NCBI GenBank assembly: GCA_964014525.1
Contig: CAXHAW010000001.1
Location: 1 to 30,386 of the forward strand
Direction: 5' to 3'
DNA from: an uncultured bacterium
GTDB taxonomy: Bacteria; Bacteroidota; Bacteroidia; Flavobacteriales_D; Sanyastnellaceae
Length of the DNA: 30,386 nucleotides
The notes under the pieces are model-generated. The model saw only the letters and a program-made list of their open reading frames with translations, ran no database searches and was not told the origin of the DNA. Of the stretch, positions 17,679 to 26,540 are shown piece by piece; the first letter of the stretch is position 1, and each line of letters starts with the position of its first letter. Position numbers and translations under genes: made by a program.

Positions 17679-19769
17679 TCACGGTCTGCGCACGACCTGC
17701 ACGTGGCCCATTTTCGCCACCACTCGGCCTGCTCCATCCTGAATCCGAAGGGTGTAGGGATAAAAGGCCTCAGGGAGCAATGCACCGTTCTTCGTGCCAT
17801 CCCAAGCAACATCCGGGTCATCTGTGGTCCAAATCAGATCACCCCAACGGCTGAAGACATCCACCCGATACTCAGTGACATCTGCAAAGGCGACAGAAGG
17901 ACGCCAGGTGTTATTGAACCCATTATGGACCAGTGCATTGGGAATCCAAACCACCGGGGGAAGGGTCAAACACACCTCATTGGACAGCGATGACCATCCA
18001 CTGTCGGATTGCTCGGCACGAACCCGATAACAGAACTCCCCCGGGGTTTCATACTGATCCTCCAGCTCATCGTCATACGAGAAATCAAATGCACCAAAGT
18101 TCTCTGCTTCGAAGAGCATCCCGCCAAACTGGATTCCCCGAAGCAGGACCTGCCGATCGCGAGGAACCTCCCACCCCTCAAATGGAGTCCACGCTAAAGC
18201 GTTCGACAGCCGATCTTCAAGCACTGTTCCAGTCAGGAACACCGTCTCCGCAATGGGGGTCCCTAAAACAGAATCAGCACAAGCATTGACCACCTTCAAA
18301 TAATATCGGTATTGACCGAGTCCTCCCTCGATGGTGCTGTCCAGCATCTGAATCGCCCCCCCAACAGACCAAGTGCTCGTCACATACTCATAATCATCGT
18401 CATAGGGCTCATTGCGCCAGAGCTCATAGACATGCGGCTCACTCGAAGCGGCATCTGCCTCGGCACGCAAAAGGGCAATGGAATCGGTCACAATGCTCAC
18501 CTCGTTCCATCGGATCCATTCAGGACCCCCGGGGTAGGTAAACAGGTTCTCGGCCACATTGGAAGATTGCGTCCACGGTCCCTGGGCTGCATGTGCAATA
18601 ATCCGATAGCGATACAAACTCCCAATGTTGGCCCCTGTGTGCTCATATAGGGTCAGTGCGCCCGGCACTTCCGCCAACAACTGCGGTCCGCCCTGAACGC
18701 CATCCTGGGTCAGTTCTGACACCCAAATTTCATAGCGGTCCACTCCACCTGGCCAATGGAGAACTGGAGACCATTGCAAGTCCGCCCGGTCCGTGCACTG
18801 GTCCCAATCGACATCGAGAAATGTGGAGGGGGCACATGAGGGGTTGGCAGCGCCGGGGTCCGGAACGCCGCCCACATAACAACTGTCAAATGCAGCCACA
18901 TTGTAATACTCAATGGTGCCACCAGCCGAACTGAACGGGTTGTTCCAATTGAGCTGGGTCGGATCCTCAATGGTGGTCAAAACCGTCTCAATCGACCCTG
19001 TGCAGAGGTAGACGATGTAGCCAGCCACATCGGCATCTGGGCTCGGCTCCCAACTGATTTCGGCCAACCCACTCAACGAGTCCACATCAACGGCCACAAT
19101 CTGAGGTGGGGTTGGGTCAATTTCATCCGACACTTCAATCGAAGATTGATTGGACTGATGGACACAACCAGGACCAAACCAACTGTCCTCTGTCAGGGTC
19201 ACGCGATAGGTCACCATTCCATCGCACTGCGTCACTGGAAAAGACGTATTGGAATTGCCAAACATCCATGGCGCCGATGCAATGACCGTCCACGAGTTGT
19301 CCGGCAAGAGCTGCTCAACGGCATACGTACCAGAAAAGTCAGACGGCGGACTAAAATGGAAGGGACTGTTCCATGCCAAGTCGACCGTGCCCGGCTGAAG
19401 ACCGGATTCAACCTCAAGGAAAATACTGCACAGCGTATCCGATGGTCCAGCTATTGTGCTCCCCGCTCCGTCCAACGCATAGATTGTGAAGCAAAACTCT
19501 TGGTTGGTGGTCAACAGCGGCCAATTGGCTCCAGTTGGAAAGGCCGCAAGGTCAAAATCCGTCGCCGGCAATGGCGTGTAATCCGGAGGGGGGAGCAATG
19601 GAACAACGCTGTAGGTAGCCGCACCCAGTGCATCCGGCTCCCAACCGAGGTCCACGGTTCCATCGACCTGCACTTGGATGCACTCCCAATCTTGCGCACA
19701 CACAGGGGATATGGTCGCCAAGGCGAACCACAACATCAAGGGGATATGAAAAACGGGGCAATAGCTCAT
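17679..19769 (-). CDS. Secreted FN3/Ig-like repeat protein with a T9SS type-B (gliding-motility-associated) C-terminal domain (about 696 aa)
   Basis: Signal peptide ending SPVCAQ. Beta-sandwich repeats with L.W...Y.[VI] patterns. C-terminus VWIPNA...VFSRWGDLIW...WDGTKNG.LLP...Y.Y...GHVQVVR. Start uncertain; 19769 chosen. Confidence 0.85.
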   Translation of the reverse strand: MSYCPVFHIPLMLWFALATISPVCAQDWECIQVQVDGTVDLGWEPDALGAATYSVVPLLPPPDYTPLPATDFDLAAFPTGANWPLLTTNQEFCFTIYALDGAGSTIAGPSDTLCSIFLEVESGLQPGTVDLAWNSPFHFSPPSDFSGTYAVEQLLPDNSWTVIASAPWMFGNSNTSFPVTQCDGMVTYRVTLTEDSWFGPGCVHQSNQSSIEVSDEIDPTPPQIVAVDVDSLSGLAEISWEPSPDADVAGYIVYLCTGSIETVLTTIEDPTQLNWNNPFSSAGGTIEYYNVAAFDSCYVGGVPDPGAANPSCAPSTFLDVDWDQCTDRADLQWSPVLHWPGGVDRYEIWVSELTQDGVQGGPQLLAEVPGALTLYEHTGANIGSLYRYRIIAHAAQGPWTQSSNVAENLFTYPGGPEWIRWNEVSIVTDSIALLRAEADAASSEPHVYELWRNEPYDDDYEYVTSTWSVGGAIQMLDSTIEGGLGQYRYYLKVVNACADSVLGTPIAETVFLTGTVLEDRLSNALAWTPFEGWEVPRDRQVLLRGIQFGGMLFEAENFGAFDFSYDDELEDQYETPGEFCYRVRAEQSDSGWSSLSNEVCLTLPPVVWIPNALVHNGFNNTWRPSVAFADVTEYRVDVFSRWGDLIWTTDDPDVAWDGTKNGALLPEAFYPYTLRIQDGAGRVVAKMGHVQVVRRP

Positions 19770-19833
19770 ACCAGGTGCAAGTTGGACGTCACCGGAAAGG
19801 GAACGGTTGCCTTGGCCGATTGTTTTCCGAACG

Positions 19834-20838
19834 TCACCGGGGATTTTGCGAAAGGGCATCCCAATGGAATCCAGAAGCCATCCCTTCGGTACTGAACAAC
19901 CGATATCGGTCCACAATGCGCTGCACCAGTTCGCCCGCACAGGGAATGTCATTGAGCAATGCACTCACCTGGCCAATCTCCAACTCCCCTGCCATCAAGT
20001 CGCCCTCTCGCATCCCGCGTTTGGCGCGCCCTCGACCCAGAATCGCCCGCATCACATCTGCATCAGACTGGGCCGCCTCAGCCTGCGCCACCTGATCAAA
20101 AAAACTGCCCTCTGGACCGCGCAGCAAGCGAACTGGTGTCACCTGCTTGAGCATGAGGCGGGTCTCCCCTGCACCTGCCTCTGCTATGCGCTGTTTGAAT
20201 TGCGCGTGTGCCGGATTTTCCTGGGTCATCACAAAGCGACTGCCCATTTGCACACCAGAAGCTCCGAGCGCAAGCGCAGCGAGCAGGCTTCGGGCATCGT
20301 GAATGCCCCCCGCAGCAATCACGGGAATGTTCACGGCATCCACCACTTCGGGCAGAAGACACATGGAGGTCGTCTCTTCTCGGCCATTGTGTCCGCCCGC
20401 CTCAAAACCCTCTGCGACCACAGCGTCGACTCCAGCAGCTTCGGCCTTCAGTGCAAATGCAGCGCTGGACACCACATGAACGACCGTAGATCCAGCGGAT
20501 TTAAGTTGCTCCGTCCACTTTCGCGGAGATCCGGCACTGGTGAACACCACGGGAACCCGCTCTCGCACCAGCGTTTTCATGTGCTCCTCCACAGCAGGAT
20601 ACAACAGGGGCACGTTGACCGCAAATGGACCGTCCCATTGCGCCCGAACCTTTGCAATCTCCTCCCTCAATTCATCGGGATACATGGAACCTGCACCTAG
20701 CGTCCCCAAACACCCTGCCCTGCCCACCGCCACGACCAAATCAGCCCCTGTGCACCAGACCATTCCAGCCTGAATTATCGGATGCTGGGTGCCAAGTAGT
20801 TCGCAAAGAACCTGAGGTGTGCGAGCAGAGCAATTCAT
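19834..20838 (-). CDS. Nitronate monooxygenase / FabK-family flavin oxidoreductase (about 334 aa)
   Basis: HPIIQAGM, AEGFEAGGHNG, PVIAAGGIHD, LGASGVQMGSRF, GQVSALL. The specific function within the family cannot be resolved from sequence alone. Confidence 0.9.
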   Translation of the reverse strand: MNCSARTPQVLCELLGTQHPIIQAGMVWCTGADLVVAVGRAGCLGTLGAGSMYPDELREEIAKVRAQWDGPFAVNVPLLYPAVEEHMKTLVRERVPVVFTSAGSPRKWTEQLKSAGSTVVHVVSSAAFALKAEAAGVDAVVAEGFEAGGHNGREETTSMCLLPEVVDAVNIPVIAAGGIHDARSLLAALALGASGVQMGSRFVMTQENPAHAQFKQRIAEAGAGETRLMLKQVTPVRLLRGPEGSFFDQVAQAEAAQSDADVMRAILGRGRAKRGMREGDLMAGELEIGQVSALLNDIPCAGELVQRIVDRYRLFSTEGMASGFHWDALSQNPR

Positions 20839-20842
20839 GTTG

Positions 20843-20850
20843 CAAAGTGG
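20843..20850 (-). promoter_or_regulatory. Degenerate -7 element, 4 nt before the ATG at 20838
   Basis: Minus strand CCACTTTG-CAAC-ATG. TTTG and the spacing are conserved but the TA is absent. Confidence 0.3.
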
Positions 20851-20945
20851 CATTCCCAGACGTAACCCGAAAAAGAAAAGAGCCGTAATGAAAAGGTGCC
20901 GTGAAGTTTCAACCGGGCAGGAAAATCCTGATGACTTTTAGAAAA

Positions 20946-20977
20946 TTGAAAAACCCAATTCCATTCAGAGATATTTG
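20946..20977 (+). promoter_or_regulatory. Candidate -33/-7 promoter, 4 nt before the GTG at 20982
   Basis: TTG (20946-20948), a 21-nt spacer, then GATATTTG (20970-20977)-CACT-GTG. Confidence 0.5.
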
Positions 20978-20981
20978 CACT

Positions 20982-22010
20982 GTGCAATTGAAGCGATTCT
21001 CTTCGTTTGGTCTAGGCCTTCTCATGCTGTCATCTTCAATGACAATGGCGCTTGGGCAGGGCGCCGTCTTGGACATTGGTGTGACAGCCGGAATGTCAAA
21101 TTATGTAGGAGACATTGGTGATGGGAAATCCTCGGGTCGAACATTCATTTGGGATCTCCAAGAGATTAGGACGAGACCCGCATTTGGCGTCTTTGTAAGG
21201 CACAAAATTGACCGTGATGGCCTTTGGTGGGTCAGAGGCGACTTCATGAGGATCCACATTTCTGGCCATGACAAGCACACTGAGTACAAGCCCCGTCGCG
21301 CGAGAAATCTGCACTTCCGTAACCGGATGTCCGAGGCTTCGATTCGCATCGAACGTGACTTGATACAACAATCAATTATTTGGTCCCGCCAGAGGCGAAC
21401 CATGGTCACCGTCCGAGGTTTTCTGGGCCTTGCTTTTTTTAAGCACAACCCCGAAGCTCAAGTGGATTTGAACAACCCAGCTTATTCAGACCTAGTGACA
21501 GTGGGCATTACTTCCGATGGTTATTGGCACAGTCTTCCTGAATTGATGACAGAGGGGATTGATTATTCAGATCAGCTTCAAATGACGACCATTCCATTTG
21601 GTTTAAGTGCTGTTGTTGCGGGTGAAAGGAGAGATGGAACAGTCGATTTTTACATCGGGATCGAACTGGGCTTTAGACTGACGAACACCGACTACCTCGA
21701 TGATATCTCAGGGTATTATTACGACCCATCGCAAATGAACCCTTTGGGCGCCGCCCTATCAAGTCAAGCCAATGAAGTGGTCATGGATCAGGAAGAAATA
21801 ACCCATAGCCTCGCAAATCACCAATGGCAGGACGAGGAAAATCTTATTATCCGAGGAAATCCAAGTAATGACGACGCATACGGAACACTCGTCTTGTCGT
21901 TTGGAAAAGTCTTGAATGGCAGCAGTACACGGTTTAAACGAAATAGAAGTCGCTACGGATATAAAAGGGGAAATAGCTTCCTAAAAAGGAGATCGCGTTT
22001 CAGGTTCTGA
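20982..22010 (+). CDS. Outer-membrane beta-barrel protein, DUF6089/PorT-like (about 342 aa)
   Basis: Signal peptide, then IGVTAGMSNYVGDIG, ARNLHFRN, IELGFRLTNTDYLDDISG, RGNPSNDDAY and a terminal Phe. Start uncertain (20901, 20931 or 20982). Confidence 0.78.
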   Translation: MQLKRFSSFGLGLLMLSSSMTMALGQGAVLDIGVTAGMSNYVGDIGDGKSSGRTFIWDLQEIRTRPAFGVFVRHKIDRDGLWWVRGDFMRIHISGHDKHTEYKPRRARNLHFRNRMSEASIRIERDLIQQSIIWSRQRRTMVTVRGFLGLAFFKHNPEAQVDLNNPAYSDLVTVGITSDGYWHSLPELMTEGIDYSDQLQMTTIPFGLSAVVAGERRDGTVDFYIGIELGFRLTNTDYLDDISGYYYDPSQMNPLGAALSSQANEVVMDQEEITHSLANHQWQDEENLIIRGNPSNDDAYGTLVLSFGKVLNGSSTRFKRNRSRYGYKRGNSFLKRRSRFRF

Positions 22011-22190
22011 AGCGATCAGCCAGAAGGTAAAATTCAAGAAAATAATAGGCTCATCGGTCCAGCCCGAGGCCTTGACGTGACGCACGTGACATGCCATAAT
22101 GTGGATTGTGTCTTCGCTCTTCAGGTTTCAAAAAATGACAAACCTGAACGCTTTGAGCAGAAAGAGAGGTCAACCCGCGCATACAGACGC

Positions 22191-22198
22191 TAAATTTG
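22191..22198 (+). promoter_or_regulatory. Perfect -7 element TAAATTTG upstream of the PPIase cluster
   Basis: Exact TAnnTTTG match 17 nt before ATG 22216. No canonically spaced -33 element seen. Confidence 0.55.
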
Positions 22199-22215
22199 GC
22201 CGTCAATTCGCCCCG

Positions 22216-24186
22216 ATGCGCCAACTCTGCCCCTCCACTGCGATTCTGTCCGCCCTGTCGGTCGTTTGCCTTCTCTGTCTTGCTTCTCCCTCTGCCACGG
22301 CACAAACCGTCGTGACCGTTGCAGGCGACGAAGTCAGCGCTGAGGACTTCACCCACATCTTCAAGAAGAACAACCGGGACAGCCTCATCACAGTGGAGAG
22401 CCTCGAAGAGTACATGGAACTCTTCATCGACTTCAAACTCAAAGTCAAAGCGGCTGAGGATTTGGGTATGGACACCGCCGCTTCTTTTATCAATGAGCTC
22501 TCAGGCTATCGGAAGCAACTCGCCCGTCCCTACCTCGTGGACAACGACCTGCTAGACGCAATGGTCCAAGAGGCATACGACCGCACCCTAGAGGAGGTCC
22601 GAGCCTCCCACCTCCTGATTCGCGTCAGCCCAGAGGCCACCCCCAGCGATACACTGTCCGCATGGAACAAATCGCTCGCCCTCAAAGAGCGCATCGCCAG
22701 CGGAGAGGACTTCGCAGGCATCGCCCGATCACGCGGCGGAAGCGACGATCCAAGCGTGAAGGACAACGGAGGTGACCTCGGTTGGTTCAGCGCATTCATG
22801 ATGGTTCATCCTTTCGAAGACGCGTGCTTTAATGCGAACGAAGGCGATTTGATTGGCCCCATCCGAACGCGCTTTGGATACCACATCATCAAGGTCACGG
22901 GTCGGCGAGACGCACGCGGAGAAATGCGCGTGGCCCACATCATGATCCGGCCAGACAACAACAAAGGCGGCGATGAAGAAGCCAAAGCCAAGGTGGACGC
23001 CCTCGCAGCCGAACTCGCGGGAGGGGCCGATTTTGCCGAGCTCGCCCGCCAACACAGCGCAGACCAAAGTTCCAGAACCAAAGGCGGCGAACTGCCGATG
23101 TTTGGCACGGGGCGCATGGTGGAGCCTTTTGAAGAGTCAGCATTTGCTCTGACGGAAGACGGGGATGTGTCCGATCCAGTCCAGACCCAATACGGTTGGC
23201 ACATCATCAAGCGCCTTGAGTACCAAGCACCGCCAAACTTTAAAGACTCCAAGCGCGAACTAGAAAAGAAATTGCAACGAGACAGCCGGTCCGAGCGGGT
23301 CCGGGAGAGCTTCATCGACAAGCGCAAAGCAGAATACGTTTTCTCCATCGACGAAAAGCGCCTCTCTCAGATTGTCGAAGTCACTGCAGTCGACAGCATA
23401 CTCCAACCCATCGAAGTCAAAAAAGGCTTGGCCAAGAAAACCATCATCACCATCGGAAAGGAGAAGACCCCGGTGCGGGACTTCCTCTCATTCGTAGAGG
23501 ACAAACGCGGGCGAATCGATGTGACCGGCCGTTCAGCGGAATCCATTCTGCGGGAGGCTCTGGACGCCTTCGGCGACGATGTCACCATCGCCTACGAGGA
23601 CGCCCGACTAGAAAACAAGCACAACGACTTTCGCCTGCTCATGGAAGAATACCATGACGGCATCCTGTTGTTTGAGTTGACCGACCGCAAAGTCTGGAGC
23701 AAAGCCGTGCGGGACAGCTCAGGACTTCAGGCTTTCTGGGAAAAAAACCAAGCGGATTACGTTTGGAAAATGCGCATCGACGGCCAAATCTTCCGCTGCG
23801 TGGATCTGGCCTCCGCGGAGCGCATTCTCGAAGTCGCACAGCGCGACGGTGACGTGGAAACCATGCGCCGCGAAATGGTGTCGGAAAACCCCCTCAGCAT
23901 CACCTTAGAGGAAAGCAGAACTGAGGAAGGCACAAACCCCGTGCTTGACGCTGCAATGGCCACGCTGGGCGGAAAACCGGGCATCACACCCTTTGAAGAC
24001 GCAGACGGCCAAGTGCGATTCGTGGTCATCCGCGCAGTGGAACAGCCCACGGGAAAGACCCTTGATGAAGCCCGAGGCAAGGTCATCGCAGACTTTCAAG
24101 ATTACCTCGAGAAGACTTGGATTGCGGAATTGCGGGCCACCTATGCCCACGAAGTGGACCCAACCGTCCTCCACTCAATTCACTGA
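22216..24186 (+). CDS. Periplasmic parvulin-type peptidyl-prolyl isomerase/chaperone with two rotamase domains (about 656 aa)
   Basis: Signal peptide ending SATAQ. Motifs ASHLLIR..NGGDLGWF..PFEDACF..TRFGYHIIKV and VAHIMIR..KGGELPMF..PFEESAF..TQYGWHIIK. Confidence 0.93.
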   Translation: MRQLCPSTAILSALSVVCLLCLASPSATAQTVVTVAGDEVSAEDFTHIFKKNNRDSLITVESLEEYMELFIDFKLKVKAAEDLGMDTAASFINELSGYRKQLARPYLVDNDLLDAMVQEAYDRTLEEVRASHLLIRVSPEATPSDTLSAWNKSLALKERIASGEDFAGIARSRGGSDDPSVKDNGGDLGWFSAFMMVHPFEDACFNANEGDLIGPIRTRFGYHIIKVTGRRDARGEMRVAHIMIRPDNNKGGDEEAKAKVDALAAELAGGADFAELARQHSADQSSRTKGGELPMFGTGRMVEPFEESAFALTEDGDVSDPVQTQYGWHIIKRLEYQAPPNFKDSKRELEKKLQRDSRSERVRESFIDKRKAEYVFSIDEKRLSQIVEVTAVDSILQPIEVKKGLAKKTIITIGKEKTPVRDFLSFVEDKRGRIDVTGRSAESILREALDAFGDDVTIAYEDARLENKHNDFRLLMEEYHDGILLFELTDRKVWSKAVRDSSGLQAFWEKNQADYVWKMRIDGQIFRCVDLASAERILEVAQRDGDVETMRREMVSENPLSITLEESRTEEGTNPVLDAAMATLGGKPGITPFEDADGQVRFVVIRAVEQPTGKTLDEARGKVIADFQDYLEKTWIAELRATYAHEVDPTVLHSIH

Positions 24187-25154
24187 TGCAACCCCCGGTA
24201 ACGGTGACATCTCCGCCAATGCGAATTGCATTCTGGCTGGGCCTTTTCGGACTCCTTTGTGCGTCTGGGTGCAAAGCGCCGGATGCACCTGACCCGTCCG
24301 CCACCGTGGTGGCCACTGCCTATGACGCGGTGCTGACTGTTGGCGATCTGCGCACAGAAATTCCAGCCGGGATCTCCCCACGGGACAGCGCCGGGTGGGC
24401 CGACCGCATCATCGCGGATTGGCACCAACGCCGGGCCCTTGTTCATCTGGCCGAAACCGAACTGCCCGAAATGGAACGGGACTTCGAACGAGAGGTGGCC
24501 AAATACCGCGAAGCCCTCTACCTCCATGCCTATGAAGATCGCTACCTCCGCGACCACCTCGACACGGCCATCTCCCTCTCAGAGCTCCAAAGGTTCCTCG
24601 ACGAACACCCCGATCTGTTCCGCCTTCCCGAATCCGTGTTCCGCGCGAGGTGGATGGTATTCCCAAAAGGGGCAACATTCCCGAAGGACGTGCGCGGCCT
24701 CCAAAAGCAACTCGCCTCCAAGGACCCGCAAGAACTGTCTGCCCTCGCCAGCCGCTGCGCTGATGCAGGACTTCCCTTCGATTTGGACGCCGAGCGCTGG
24801 TGGACCTGGGAGGAATTGGCCGAGGTGGTGCCCCTGGAACAGAGAAAAGCCAGCCGACAACAAACCTCCCGGCGCGTTACCAAAATCAACTGGCCAGCCG
24901 ATACGTCAGCCGGTCGACCAATGGACCAACGGGCATTGTTGCTGGTAACCGAACAGCGCAAGGCAGGGGCCATAAGTCCTGTAGAACGTGTCGCGAACCG
25001 CATCACGGAGTTGCTCTTACACCGCCGACGCAACCTTACCTTGTCCACCATGCGCCAGCAAGCGGTTCGAGCCGCTTGGGCAGAAGCCATGCTCACCCTG
25101 GCGAACGGCCAACCGGACAATTCAAACCGCACCTCCTCGAACGACACCCCATGA
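24186..25154 (+). CDS. Lipoprotein of the Bacteroidota PPIase cluster (degenerate PPIase/SurA-like)
   Basis: Lipobox-like LLCASG-C and VVATAYDAVLTVGDL. Occupies the position between two PPIases. Start is either 24186 (TGATG coupling) or 24219. Confidence 0.78.
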   Translation: MQPPVTVTSPPMRIAFWLGLFGLLCASGCKAPDAPDPSATVVATAYDAVLTVGDLRTEIPAGISPRDSAGWADRIIADWHQRRALVHLAETELPEMERDFEREVAKYREALYLHAYEDRYLRDHLDTAISLSELQRFLDEHPDLFRLPESVFRARWMVFPKGATFPKDVRGLQKQLASKDPQELSALASRCADAGLPFDLDAERWWTWEELAEVVPLEQRKASRQQTSRRVTKINWPADTSAGRPMDQRALLLVTEQRKAGAISPVERVANRITELLLHRRRNLTLSTMRQQAVRAAWAEAMLTLANGQPDNSNRTSSNDTP

Positions 25155-26512
25155 AGCGCACCCCTGTTCTCTTCGCTTGCGTTTTCGCCACTGCCTCCCT
25201 CTTCGCGCAGACTGATCCAGAGTTGCAGAAACTGGAACAGATTGTGGCCGTGGTGGGCAACGAAATCGTCCTTCAGAGCGATGTGGATGCTCAAGTGTTC
25301 CAGATGGAAGCCTCTGGTATGCCTGTGACCGATGTATGTCCCGTCGTGGAACAACTGATGCTGCAAAAGCTCCTGTTGCACCAGGCTCGACTTGACTCGA
25401 TTGAAGTCGATGATGGAGAGGTGACGGCCCAAATCGACCGCAGGCTGGAGTACTACATCGGCATGTTTGGCAGTGTAGAGGCATTCGAAGCCGAGTACGG
25501 CAAGACCGTGGCCGCTTGGAAAGCCGAGTTCCGCGAGCCGATGCGAGAGCAAATCATGGCCGACCGGATGCAGGCAGAGATCGAAGGCCAAGTGCGCGCC
25601 ACACCGCGCGACATTGCCGACCACTTCGATGCGATTCCAGCCGACAGCCTGCCGCTGATCCCCGAAGAGGTTCGGTACAGCCGCATCCTCATCGAACCGG
25701 AGTTGACCGAGCAGCAAAAACTCAAGACCCGCGTCGGCCTCGACAGCATTCGCAGCGCAGTTGTGGCCGGCAAACTCAGCTTGACGCTGGCTGCCATGCG
25801 CCACAGCGAGGACCCCGGATCCAAATACAAGGGAGGCTGCTACGAGGACATCCGACGCGGACAGTTCGTGCCGGAAATGGAGGCCCAGGTGTTTGCCACA
25901 CCCGAGGGGGCCTTCAGCCCGGTTTTTGAATCGGATTATGGCTTCCACTTTGTGAAAACCACCAACATCCGAGGGGAGGTCTTTTCCATGTGCCACGTGC
26001 TCATGAAGCCTGCCGTGCCCGCATCCGCGCTGGCCAGTGCCGCTGACCTTGCAGACAGCGTTGCCGTTCTATTGTCGGCAGACTCCCTGAGCTTTGGGGA
26101 GGCTGTTACCCGCTACTCCACAGAGGAAGACACCAAAAACCAATATGGCCGCGTCACCAATCCGCGCACCGGAGGCCTCTTCCACGGTGTGGATGAGCTG
26201 GAGCGAACCGATTTCTTCCTCATCAACGAATTGCGGCCCGGGGAACACTCCCAACCGACTGCTGTTCAAGGCGCAGAGCAAGAGGCCTATGCCCTCTACA
26301 AACTCGACGAACGCAAGCCGGCTCACGCCGCCAACCCGCAGCAGGATTACGAGCTGTTCCAGATGCAAGTCGAGTCCGACATCCGGAAGAAAAAGTTATC
26401 CAAGTGGGTACGCCGCCACTTGGCCGAAACCTACGTTCGCCTCATTGCGGAATACGACGGCTGCGAATTCGACCAGAACTGGTTTGGAGAAACCGCCTCC
26501 CAAGGGCGTTGA
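25151..26512 (+). CDS. surA: SurA-family periplasmic chaperone/PPIase (453 aa)
   Basis: Signal peptide MKRTPVLFACVFATASLFAQ, SurA N-domain IVAVVGNEIVLQSDV, rotamase HSEDPGS..GG..FVPEME..SDYGFH, and a second degenerate rotamase domain. ATGA overlap with the upstream gene. Confidence 0.9.
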   Translation: MKRTPVLFACVFATASLFAQTDPELQKLEQIVAVVGNEIVLQSDVDAQVFQMEASGMPVTDVCPVVEQLMLQKLLLHQARLDSIEVDDGEVTAQIDRRLEYYIGMFGSVEAFEAEYGKTVAAWKAEFREPMREQIMADRMQAEIEGQVRATPRDIADHFDAIPADSLPLIPEEVRYSRILIEPELTEQQKLKTRVGLDSIRSAVVAGKLSLTLAAMRHSEDPGSKYKGGCYEDIRRGQFVPEMEAQVFATPEGAFSPVFESDYGFHFVKTTNIRGEVFSMCHVLMKPAVPASALASAADLADSVAVLLSADSLSFGEAVTRYSTEEDTKNQYGRVTNPRTGGLFHGVDELERTDFFLINELRPGEHSQPTAVQGAEQEAYALYKLDERKPAHAANPQQDYELFQMQVESDIRKKKLSKWVRRHLAETYVRLIAEYDGCEFDQNWFGETASQGR

Positions 26513-26540
26513 TTCCGGCGTTCCACCCGAAATTAGATGC

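Noticed and set aside
22072-22100. TTGACG-N17-CATAAT as the functional promoter of the PPIase cluster
   Set aside because: The Bacteroidota primary sigma uses -33/-7 elements and a perfect TAAATTTG lies closer to the gene. Kept only as part of the intergenic-structure finding.
24542-25996. 484-aa minus-strand ORF
   Set aside because: Lies antisense to the lipoprotein and surA, with no recognisable motifs. Long shadow ORFs are expected opposite GC-rich genes.
25151-26512. Several D-S-[ILV] motifs in SurA matching the Bacteroidota O-glycosylation sequon
   Set aside because: A three-residue motif that also occurs in cytoplasmic GuaB (DTV, DTM, DTA). No enrichment can be shown without computation.
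26094-26540. 149-codon in-frame extension of fahA overlapping the surA 3' end
   Set aside because: The translation is low-complexity Pro/Ser/Thr/Arg with no FAH N-domain similarity, and the overlapping surA frame is clearly the conserved one.
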